This document shows positions 26,958-40,287 of a DNA stretch of 64,000 nucleotides, one piece after another. Source of the stretch: Eledone cirrhosa (Eukaryota); contig OZ024765.1 of the NCBI GenBank assembly GCA_964016885.1, forward strand, positions 2,976,001-3,040,000, in the 5' to 3' direction. The stretch's first letter is position 1, and every line of letters starts with the position of its first letter. Position numbers and translations under genes: made by a program. Below the pieces are notes generated by a model that saw only the letters and a list, made by a program, of their open reading frames with translations, did not search any database and was not told the DNA's origin.

Positions 26958-27943
26958 TTAACCCTTTATCATTTACATTACTCTATATATACTATTGTAT
27001 TTTCACAGTAAAGGCTTTACCTCACATAATATCTCACATAACATTTACATTACTCTATATATACTATTGTATTTTCACAGTAAAGGCTTTACCTCACATA
27101 ATATCTCACATAACATTTACATTACTCTATATATACTATTGTATTTTCACAGTAAAGGCTTTACCTCACATAATATCTCACATATCATTTACATTACTCT
27201 ATATATACTATTGTATTTTCACAGTAAAGGCTTTACCTCACATAATATTTACATTACTCTATATATACTATTGTATTTTCACAGTAAAAGCTTTACCTCA
27301 CATAATATCTCACATACCATTTACATTACTCTATATATACTATTGTATTGTCACAGTAAAGGCTTTACCTCACATAATATCTCACATAACATTTACATTA
27401 CTCTATATATACTATTGTATTTTCACAGTAAAGGCTTTACCTCACATAATATCTCACATAATATTTACATTACTCTATATATACTATTGTATTTTCACAG
27501 TAAAAGCTTTACCTCACATAATATCTCACATACCATTTACATTACTCTATATATACTATTGTATTGTCACAGTAAAGGCTTTACCTCACATAATATCTCA
27601 CATAACATTTACATTACTCTATATATACTATTGTATTGTCACAGTAAAGGCTTTACCTCACATAATATCTCACATACCATTTACATTACTCTATATATAC
27701 TATTGTATTGTCACAGTAAAGGCTTTACCTCACATAATATCTCACATACCATTTACATTACTCTATATATACTATTGTATTGTCACAGTAAAGCCTTTAC
27801 TGTGAAAATACAATAGTAGATATAGAGTAATGTAAATGATAAAGGGTTAAAGTCGATATGAAGGGTCAGTTATGGCCGGTTTGAACAGAAAGAGAAGAGA
27901 GAATTCTGGCTGGATATGGCTGGTTTATGTGCTAAAGGATTAA
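26958..27943. mobile_element. piggyBac-like TTAA MITE with an internal 72-bp tandem array (~11 units)
   Basis: Starts TTAA-CCCTTT; AAAGGG-TTAA at 27850 and a second, degenerate right end at 27943; long terminal inverted repeat. Relatives at 17822-18142, 31808-33522, 33972-34187 and 44122-44853. Confidence 0.7.
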
Positions 27944-27977
27944 GTCTTATTTCTTCTTCTCTGTTCTTCTGTTACAG

Positions 27978-28128
27978 ATATAAACCTAGCCGTCCTGCCT
28001 TGTGGATAAACCTATTTCCTTTACAACACATTGATCTCAAAGATGAACTCAACTCTATTCCAACAAAACATTACGAGGAGCTAATGTTGCTTCGGTCCCG
28101 AGTCAGCGTTAAACCTGTCGGCTGGTGA
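27978..28128 (+). CDS. FBXL18: FBXL18 terminal coding exon 10
   Basis: ctgttacag|A; YKPSRPALWINLFPLQH...EELMLLRSRVSVKPVGW*, resembling the FBXL18 C-terminus (RPALNVVIFPL...DEITLFKSRV). Summed CDS is 2151 nt = 716 aa + stop. Confidence 0.92.
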
Positions 28129-28129
28129 C

Positions 28130-28201
28130 CTACTACTACTACTTCACATCCACATCTTGCTCCTCCCCATTATCACCACTACTACCACCACCACCACTAC
28201 T

Positions 28202-28239
<38 letters not shown>

Positions 28240-28920
28240 ACATCCACATCTTACTCCTCCCCATTATCTCCACTACTACCACCACCACCACTACTACTAC
28301 TACTACTACTTCACATCCACATCTTGCTCCTCCCCATTATCACCACCACTACTACCACCACCACCACCACCACTACTACTACTACTTCACATCCACATCT
28401 TACTCCTCCCCACCACCACCACCACCACTACTACTACTACTTCACATCCACATCTTACTCCTCCCCATTATCTCCACTACTACCACCACCACCACTACTA
28501 CTACTACTACTACTTCACATCCACATCTTGCTCCTCCCCATTATCACCACCACTACTACCACCACCACCACCACCACTACTACTACTACTTCACATCCAC
28601 ATCTTACTCCTCCCCACCACCACCACCACCACTACTACTACTACTTCACATCCACATCTTACTCCTCCCCACCACCACCACCACCACTACTACTACTACT
28701 TCACATCCACATCTTGCTCCTCCCCATTATCACCACCACTACTACCACCACCACCACCACCACTACTACTACTACTTCACATCCACATCTTACTCCTCCC
28801 CACCACCACCACCACCACTACTACTACTACTTCACATCCACATCTTACTCCTCCCCACCACCACCACCACCACTACTACTACTACTTCACATCCACATCT
28901 TGCTCCTCCCCATTATCACC

Positions 28921-28956
<36 letters not shown>

Positions 28957-29212
28957 TCACATCCACATCTTACTCCTCCCCACTACCACCACTACTACTA
29001 CTACTACTATACTACTACTACTACCACCACCACCACCACTACTACTACTACTATACTACTACTACCACCACCACCACCACCACCACTACCACCACTACTA
29101 CTATACTACTACTACTACTACCACCACCACCACCACTACTACTACTACTATACTACTACTACCACCACCACCACCACCACTACCACCACTACTACTACTA
29201 CTACTATTATAT
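28130..29212. repeat. (CAC)/(TAC) compound repeat in the FBXL18 3' UTR region
   Basis: Recurrent ttcacatccacatctt(a/g)ctcctcccca flanked by triplet runs, immediately after the stop codon. Confidence 0.9.
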
Positions 29213-30166
29213 TGACTCTTTAAGGATGAAAAGCAAAGCAAATCCTGCCAAGGTGAACTCTGCCTTTCACCCTGAAGGATTCAATATAACAGCGTACCAG
29301 TCATGCACTGGGGTCGATTTAATCGACTTCCCCCACCCCAAAATTGCTGGCCTTGTGCCTATATAAGAAACCATTATTATTATTATTATTATGGATTGGC
29401 AGTAATCAGTAGAGCATCGGACGCCATGCTTTGCAGCATAGAGTTACGTCCCTTTATGTTCTGAGTTCAAATCCTACAGAGGTTAACTTTGCCTTTCATC
29501 TTTACGGTGTCGATAAAATAGCCTACCAGTAACGCACTGGGGTCGCTTTAATCGACATTCCCCTCCCCCTCAAATTACTGGCCTTGTGCCTATACTAGAA
29601 ATCATTATTATTATTATTATTTTGTGGGTTGATAAACTAAAGTACCAGTAAAATACTGGGGTTGATATAATTGACTACCTCCTCACATATACCAAAGTTA
29701 CGGGCCTTGTTCTTAATGTTGGATTGGCAGAATCGGTAGAGCGCCCAACACCATGTTTTGCTGCACAGAGATATGGCCCTTTACGTTCTGAGTTCAAATC
29801 CCACCAAGGTCAACTCTGCCTTTCATCCTTACGGGGTTGATAAAATAAAATACCAGTAATACACTGGGGGTTGATTTAATCAACTTTTCCTACATCCCTT
29901 AAGTTGCATTAAGGGTATAAGTGTTTGTGTAGAATGCGCAGACACTTGCACTATGATATTGTACCTGTAATTCAAAAAGCCAGCTGTGTCAAGCTGAATC
30001 TCCCTGAGAACTACATCAAGGGTACACGTGTCTGTGGAATGCTCAGCCACTTACACCTTAAAGAAATGGAAAGAAAAAATGTAAAAATTTAAAACAATAT
30101 ATGTGTTTATACATATGTATATGTATGTGTGTATATGTATGTGTATATGTATATGTGTATATATGC

Positions 30167-30506
30167 AACCCTGATGGTATCCAATGATGTTGACTTGTTC
30201 TTCTTTTTGGTAAATATCATCTTGGTTAAGAGAGTGGGACTGGCTTTGTGCAGTGCCTTTGCTCACTATAAAAGCTTCACGGCACAGGCATTGCTTTATA
30301 TCTGGAGATCTCTCTGCACTTGTCCTCACATGGTACCATGGGCCCAGCACTATGTGTCAGTAATTGTCACAAGTGTAGTGTTTGTACCAGAGTTTTCAAG
30401 TCACTGGCTGGACTAAAAAGTCACACTCGTTCAGCGCATCTGTAGGGGTTCTCCTACATGGATATAAAGTAGTGGCCGTACTCGAAAACGAGTTGGCAGC
30501 CACCAT
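30167..30506 (+). mobile_element. LINE 3' end (RTE-like) encoding a C-terminal C2H2 zinc finger
   Basis: 30362-30445 reads [27 protein letters not shown], then a short 3' UTR and microsatellite tail. Near-identical copy at 39725. Confidence 0.65.
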
Positions 30507-30565
30507 GTATATATGTATATGTGTGTGTATATATATATGTGTATATATGTATATGTATGTGTGTG

Positions 30566-30603
<38 letters not shown>

Positions 30604-31011
30604 TATATACACATACACACATATATATACATACATATATATATATATATATATACATATACACACACCACACACATATATATATATACATATACACACA
30701 TATATATACACACAAACATATATATATATATATATCATAAAAGAGTGAAACATTACAACTATCAGTTTCACCATGAAAACCAAATCTCTCTCTCTCTCTC
30801 TCTCCACTGCTCAACTCACCACAGACACACAGACAGAACACTGACTATCAAGGGAGATAACTGTACATAGTATATTATTAAAAATAAAAAATAAAATAAA
30901 ATATATTTTTTCCTTTTTTTTTGTCTTTTTAAAGATGTATTATTTATTTTTGGGATTCTCTTTGTGTTTTTTTAAAATAATATTTTTGATTTAATACTTA
31001 ACATCCTGTAG

Positions 31012-31630
31012 GCAGCGGAATGGTGGAGTGGTTAGAACGTCTGATAGAATGGTGGAGTGGTTAGAACGTCTGATAGAATGGTGGAGTGGTTAGAACGTCT
31101 GATAGAATGGTGGAGTGGTTAGAACGTCAGATAGGATGGTGGAGTGGTTAGAACGTCTGATAGAATGGTGGAGTGGTTAGAACGTCAGATAGGATGGTGG
31201 AGTGGTTAGAACGTCAGATAGGATGGTGGAGTGGTTAGAACGTCTGATAGAATGGTGGAGTGGTTAGAACGTCAGATAGGATGGTGGAGTGGTTAGAACG
31301 TCTGATAGAATGGTGGAGTGGTTAGAACGTCAGATAGAATGGTGGAGTGGTTAGAACGTCTGATAGAATGGTGGAGTGGTTAGAACGTCAGATAGAATGG
31401 TGGAGTGGTTAGAACGTCTGATAGAATGGTGGAGTGGTTAGAACGTCGGATAGAATGGTGGAGTGGTTAGAACGTCTGATAGAATGGTGGAGTGGTTAGA
31501 ACGTCTGATAGAATGGTAGAGTGGTTAGAACGTCTGATAGAATGGTGGAGTGGTTAGAACGTCAGATAGAATGGTGGAGTGGTTAGAACGTCTGATAGAA
31601 TGGCACAGTGGTTAGAACGTCAGATAGAAT
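31012..31630. repeat. 29-bp minisatellite (~21 units) amplified from a SINE tRNA A-box
   Basis: Unit gatagaatggtggagtggttagaacgtct, followed by the rest of a SINE (gagttcaaatc B box). Confidence 0.88.
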
Positions 31631-31837
31631 ACTTTACGGTATTAGTTCCACCTCACTGCTCTCTGAGTTCAAATCTCACCGAGGTCGATAAAAAACGTAC
31701 CAGTTTAATATTGGGGTCGATTCTTTCTCATTTCCTCTCACTTTCTATCTTTCTCTGGAAGAAATCTGTTGTATTCAAGCCTGGAGAGGAATGGGCTATG
31801 TCAGGCTTAACCCTTTAGTATTTACATTACCCTATAT

Positions 31838-33228
31838 ATAATAATAATGAAATTATTGTGTACAGTGCTCAGGTGCACTACAACTCATCAAAGGTGCATG
31901 TATAGTACATAGAATAATGTACAAATGTCAGGAAAATGAACAGTGTACGAGTCATGATACAATAACAATAATAAAATATTGTGTACAGTGCCCAGGTGCA
32001 CCACAACTCATCAAAAAAGTGCATGTACAGTACATAGGGCAATGCACAAACATCAGTAAAATGAACAGTGCACGAGTCATGATACACATGTGTGCATGTG
32101 CATGGAAGGGGTACATCAGGTGTAGTTTGGGCATATTTCGGGAAGCATGAGTGTCTTAAAGGATGCAGTGTCTCGGCAGCTAACAATTGACGCAGGCAGT
32201 TTGTTCCATGCTTCAGCAACTCTGAGCGTGAAAAAATGTCTACGAAAGTCATGGGAGCTGTGCTGTTTTCTGATCTTGTAGGCATGTCCACGTGTGTTAG
32301 ACACATGGAGATCAAAGAGGCGCTCAGGGTTGCAATTGGCGAGATGGTTAAAAACTTTGTGGGTATTCACCAAATCCATTGCCAGACGTCGGAGCTTCAA
32401 TGAATCCATGCCCAGGGAAGCAAGGCGTTCAGAGTATGGTAGGTGTCTGATGGAGGGTATGCGCTTGGTTGCACGTCTCTGAACAGTTTCCAGGAGGTCA
32501 ATGTTCTGAGCAAGATAGGGGTTCCAGACTGATGATGCGAATTCCAAGTGTGGTCGTACCATAGCTGTATACAGTTTTAAATAGATGGCTGGAGAGCGGC
32601 TAACAAAGGTCTTGCTGAGTGATGCCAAGACATCCTCGGCCTTCTTGACAATCTTAGAGACATGCTTTGTCCAACGCAAATCGTTGCTGACAGTAATGCC
32701 CAGGTCACGTTCACAAGAGGACTTTTTGATATCAGTGTTGTGGAGGGAGTATGTGGATGCTGGATTTTTCCTCCCAAAATGCATGGTGGTACACTTGTCC
32801 ACAGCCAGCTTCAGTTGCCAGTCTGTGATCCATTGCTGCATTGTGTCCAGGTCTGATTGTAGGAAAGAGTTGTAAATTTCAGGATCAGTCCTTTTGATTT
32901 CAAGGTACAGCTTGATGTCATCTGCATATTTTAGTACCGTGGCATTCTGTAAGTTGGCATCTATGTCATTAATGTATGCCACAAACAAAAGAGGACCAAG
33001 AACAGATCCCTGCGGTACACCAGATGACATCTTATATGGTGAAGAATGCTGTCCTAGAACCGTGACTACTTCTTTTCGGCTGAGAATGAAGGATTTCAAC
33101 CAGTTAAAAAGATCATCCCTCACACCCATTGCAGAGAGTTTTGCCATAAGTCTTTTGTGTGGCACAGGATTAAAAGCCTTAGCAAAGTCAAGGTAAACAA
33201 CATCCACCCATGAGCCGCTGTCAGTGAT
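31838..33228 (-). mobile_element. 5'-truncated CR1-group LINE (reverse transcriptase fragment, 3' UTR with partial duplication, (TTA)n tail)
   Basis: ORF 32116..33207 with LDFAKAF, GVPQGSVLGPLLF, YADD, ERDLG and VRPHLEFASSVWNP motifs. Uninterrupted for 363 aa. Inserted inside a TTAA-MITE. Confidence 0.92.
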
Positions 33229-34556
33229 ACTATTGTATTTTCACAGTAGAGGCTTTACCTCACATAATATCTCACATAAGATTTACATTACTCAAATGTT
33301 ATGTGAGGTAAAGCCTTTACTGTGAAAATACAATAGTAAATATAGAGTAATGTAAATGTTATGCGAGATATTATGTGAGGTAAAGCCTTTACTGTGAAAA
33401 TACAATAGTAAATATAGAGTAATGTAACTGCTAAAGGGTTAAAGTCGATATGAAGGGACAGTTATGGCCGGTTTGAACACAGAGGAGAGAGAATTATGGC
33501 TGGTTTAAATGATAAAGGGTTAAGGATCGTGATGTATGAAGAGATAGTGCTGAAAAGGTCCCATCCAACCCATACAACCATGTACAACTGGATAAAAAAC
33601 GATGATGATGGTTAAGGTAAGGTTTTATTTTATATGTATTGAAAGTAATAATATATTTCTGGTTTTATTGAAGGATTTTGTTGTGTGCATCTCTGTGGAA
33701 TTATTGGTATAATGGTAGATTGTTTCCATCCACTTCCTCAAGCAAATATATGTGTATATGTATGTACGTATATATATATATGTATGTATGTATATATATA
33801 TATATAGTAATAATAATAAATTTGAAGACTAAAATCCAAAGAGGACACGATAAGGATAAATATATATCAAATATATAAGAATCATAGAGCAAACATTTAT
33901 TAAAATAACAGATTAAAGTTTAAACAAAGAATCGCTGGTTTCACCCTTAACGGGATCTTCTGAAGATCCCGTTAGCCCTTTAGCATTCACATTACTCTAT
34001 ATTCTCTATCATATTTTCATTGTGAAGGCTTTATCTCACATAATATTGAATCTATGAGATTTTGATATTATTTATTTTGAGAACAATAGCTTAACATCAG
34101 TATGAGTGGCCAGTTACAGCCAGTTTGAACAGAAAGAGGTGAGAGAATCCTAGCCGGATATGGGCGGTTTAAAGGCTAAAAGGTTAAGGGTGAAAGCAGC
34201 GATTCTTTGCTTAAACTTTAATCTGTTGTTTTAATAAATATATATATATATATATCCAGGGAGTGTAACATGAAGTTACTGGAGGTTCACCCAGATGAAT
34301 TCTGTCATTACAACAGCAGAAGTCCGACGACCTTTTGATTCAGGGAGTGGGAGTCAGGTCAGATCGATACAGATCAAACCTTGAGCTGATCAATAGCAAA
34401 ACGCCCATCACCAATCAATAAACATAATGAAGGCTTAACAAATTATCTTTGTATTATTACATATATATATATTATATATATATATATACATGTATATATT
34501 ATATATATACATGTATATATTATATATATACATGTATATATTAAACATATATATTA

Positions 34557-34750
34557 TGGCGGTGGATTGGCAGTATTGGTAGAGGGTCGGACGCCATGCT
34601 GTGCAGCATAGAGTTACGTCCCTTTATGATCTGAGTTCAAATCCCGCCGAGGTTAACTTTGCCTTTCATCCTTACGGGGTCAATAAAATAAGGCACCAGT
34701 AATGTACTGGGGTAATTGGTGGCTTTGTGCCTAAAGTAGAAACAATTATT
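34557..34750 (+). mobile_element. tRNA-derived SINE (family A)
   Basis: Head tggcagtattggtagag, B box gagttcaaatcc, core gcctttcatccttacggggtc(g)ataaaataa, tail tgtgcctaaagtagaaacaattatt. Further copies at ~22549, 29225-29900, 44235(-) and 4810(-). Confidence 0.82.
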
Positions 34751-35012
34751 ACATGTATATATATATGGGTATGTGTATATATATATATATATATATATAC
34801 TTATATGTGTGTGTATATATATATATATACATACACATGTTTACATGTATGTGGTTGGCATATGGAAGGGCGTAGAACCGTAGAAAATCTGGCAGAGACA
34901 GTTCTGTACAAGCGGGACAGGGTCACCCGACCAATTTTGCCTCAAGTGGGACAAACCTGCCCAACCCATGCTAGCATGGGAGATGGACGTTAAACGATGA
35001 TGACGATGATGA

Positions 35013-36582
<1,570 letters not shown>

Positions 36583-37224
36583 TAAAATGACTTCTTTCTG
36601 TATTATTTTGTCACAATGACAAAATGACATCATATAAAGAAACAATGTTTCTGACATAACAGACACAAACATACATACACTAGAAGACATATATACATAC
36701 ACACACACAAACACACAAATTAAAATACATATACATACACGCACACATACATACTTGAGCACACACATATATATACACACACGAATATACACTAAAACAC
36801 ACACAGTCACAAGAATATACACATATATACTAAAAAAACACACATACACACTAAAACACCCACACTTCACTCTAAAAAACACACACATACTTCACACTAA
36901 AATACACACACACTAAAATACTTAATATTACACTACATTACACATCACATTACACATACATTCACACAACTTCAATCAGTCTGTTTGAAAATACCCAAGG
37001 AGGTGTACCTCTAAGAAGTGTATACTGCAAGAGAAGGCTCTCTATGTAGAAAATACCAATATTATACCAATATTATTAGAACCTATACTACAATAGTACT
37101 ATACTATTACTACTACTACATAATACTGGGGCCAAACTTTTATTAAACCCCTACCAAGTCGTCTTTGAAACCCCGGAACTTGAAACTTGGAACTCCGAAT
37201 CTTGGATTTCTGGCCTTGTATGTA

Positions 37225-38232
37225 AATACTACTACTACTATTACTACTATTATTACTTCTACTAGTTTTACTACTACTACTACTACTACTACTATTATTA
37301 CTTCTACTAGTTTTACTACTACTATTATTATTATTACTTCTACTAGTTTTACTACTACTACTACTACTATTATTACTTCTACTAGTTTTACTACTACTAT
37401 TATTATTATTACTTCTACTAGTTTTACTACTACTACTATTATTATTACTTCTACTAGTTTTACTACTACTACTACTATTATTACTTCTACTAGTTTTACT
37501 ACTACTACTACTACTACTATTATTACTTCTACTAGTTTTACTACTACTACTACTACTATTATTACTTCTACTAGTTTTACTACTACTATTATTATTACTT
37601 CTACTAGTATTACTACTACTACTATTACTACTACTAATGTTATTATTATTATTACTACTACTACTATTATTATTACTTCTACTAGTACCACTACTACTAC
37701 TACTAATACAAGTATTACTATTACTACAGCTACTACTAATATTGCTAGGACAGTACAGGACAATGCAGGATAGTACAGGACAATAGAGGACAGTACAGGA
37801 CAATAGAGGACAGTACAGGACAATAGAGGACAGTACAGGACAGTACAGGACAATAGAGGACAGTACAGGACAATAGAGGACAGTACAGGACAATAGAGGA
37901 CGGTACAGGACAATAGAGGACGGTACAGGACAGTACAGGACAATAGAGAACGGTACAGGACAATAGAGAACGGTACAGGACAATAGAGAACGGTACAGGA
38001 CAATAGAGGACGGTACAGGACAATAGAGGACGGTACAGGACAATAGAGGACGGTACAGGACAATAGAGGACGGTACAGGACAATAGAGGACGGTACAGGA
38101 CAATAGAGGACGGTACAGGACAATAGAGGACGGTACAGGACAATAGAGGACGGTACAGGACAATAGAGGACGGTACAGGACAATAGAGGACGGTACAGGA
38201 CAATAGAGGATGGTACAGGACAATAGAGGACT
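37225..38232. repeat. (TAC/TAT) compound repeat followed by a 20-bp minisatellite
   Basis: ggacaatagaggacggtaca x~24 at 37748-38232. Confidence 0.93.
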
Positions 38233-39724
38233 GCGTGTAAAAAAACAAAAACAGTATGTAACAAAAAAGGAGAGAGCCCATTAAAAAGAGCTACTATTAC
38301 TACTACTACTACTAATACCAGTATTACTACTACTACTACTATTCATAGAGTTATGTCCCTTTACGTTCTCTAGGCAATTCAACCATGACAACCTCTAGTC
38401 AATACTGACAACATACCTAAGCTCACAAGACACTCCAGCCATGCCAATTTATCTGAGTCTAACATCAAATCTTCTAACCTCAATAGCTACATTGTATTTC
38501 TATCTTTGAGATCATCATCATTCAACGTCCATTTTCCATGCTAGCATGGGTTAGACGAGTTGCCCTTTTATGAGACAAGTCAGGTCAGGTGACCGTGTTA
38601 CTTATACAGGACTGTTTCTGGCTTGGTTTCTAGAGCTTTTTGTCTTGACACCTACATGACCACTTTACAGTGTGGACTGTTACAGTGTGTACTGGGTGCT
38701 TTTTGTTGTGACACTTTTGTCGTGACACCTACATGACCACTTTACAGTGTGGACTGGGTGCTTTTTGTTGTGACACCTACATGACCATTTTACAGTGTGG
38801 ACTGGGTGCTTTTTGTCGTGACACCTACATGACCATTTTACAGCGTGGACTGGGTGCTTTTTGTCATGACCCCCTGGACAGAATGCCAGTCCATCGCAGG
38901 GTTAAAGTCTGTCAAGCTATTTAAGGCTTGTTAGGCCGGTGCTTATCCCAGTTTCGTGGCGTGAAGTTACTGAGAGTGGAAGATTCCCCGCTGGATAGCC
39001 ACCAGTTCATCGCAGGGTTAAATCCCAAGCTATTGCTGGTACTGACATCCTTAGCACAGGGCCACAACACACACCTCAGCCCAGGAATCGAACCCTCGAC
39101 ACCCTTAGCACTAGGCCATACACCTACATAAACAGACACATATATACACACATATATATGTGTGTATATATGTCTATATCTGTCTCTGTGTATATATGTC
39201 TATATATGTATGTGTGTATATATGTCTATATATGTGTGTATATATATGTCTATATATATGTGTGTATATATGTGTATATATATGTGTGTATAAATGTGTC
39301 TATATATATGTGTCTATATATGTGTGTATAAATGTGTCTATATATATGTGTGTATATATGTGTCTATATATGTGTGTATATATGTCTATATCTGTCTCTG
39401 TGTATATATGTCTATATATGTATGTGTGTATATATGTCTATATATGTGTGTATATATATGTCTATATATATGTGTGTATATATGTGTATATATATGTGTG
39501 TATGTGTCTATATATATGTGTCTATATATGTGTGTATAAATGTGTCTATATATATGTGTGTGTATATGTGTCTATAATGTGTGTATATGTGTCTATATAT
39601 GTATGTGTATATATGTGTCTATATATGTATGTGTGTATATATGTCTATATCTATGTATATATATATATATGACCCCTTAGCCTTTGTCAAGGCAGAATTC
39701 TAGGAGAAGGAAAACTCTGATATA

Positions 39725-40065
39725 AACCCTGATGGTATCCAATGATGTTGACTTGTTTTTCTTTTTGGTAAATATCATCTTGGTTAAGAGAGTGGGACTG
39801 GCTTTGTGCAGTGCCTTTGCTCACTATAAAAGCTTCATGGCACAGGCATTGCTTTATATCTGGAGATCTCTCTGCACTTGTCGTCACATGGTGCCATGGG
39901 CCCAGCACTATGTGTCAATAATTGTCACAAGTGTAGTGTTTGTACCGGGGTTTTCATGTCACAGGCTGGACTAAAGGGTCACACTCGTTCAGCGCATCGG
40001 TAGGGGTTCTCCTACATGGATATAAAGTAGTGACCATACTCGAAAACGAGTTGGCAGCCACCATG
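39725..40065 (+). mobile_element. Second copy of the zinc-finger LINE 3' end
   Basis: Same ~340 bp and same 5' boundary (aaccctgatggtatcc); reads [26 protein letters not shown]. Confidence 0.65.
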
Positions 40066-40109
40066 TATATATGTATATATATGTCTATATATGTATGCAT
40101 TGTAAATTG

Positions 40110-40142
40110 ATATTTGCTAACATACCTTTTATATATTTGCAG
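40110..40142 (+). other. 3' splice site in the 5' UTR of the Cys/Pro-rich gene
   Basis: atttgCTAACatacctttt...tttgcAG: branch point, T-rich tract and AG, 145 nt upstream of the ATG. Implies an unidentified upstream non-coding exon. Confidence 0.55.
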
Positions 40143-40287
40143 GTAAATCGACATTGTCAACATCGCCATCTTTGCTGTTACCTGAGAAGATTTTGAAGAC
40201 AAGTCCTTCAATAATTATCCTGAACACAGCAGAGAGAAATCTCCGAAGATAGAAACATCCAAGGGTAGACATTTCCGAGGATAGAAG

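Noticed and set aside
28125-29366. His/Thr/Pro-rich ORFs after the FBXL18 stop codon
   Set aside because: Triplet-repeat low-complexity 3' UTR open in all three frames.
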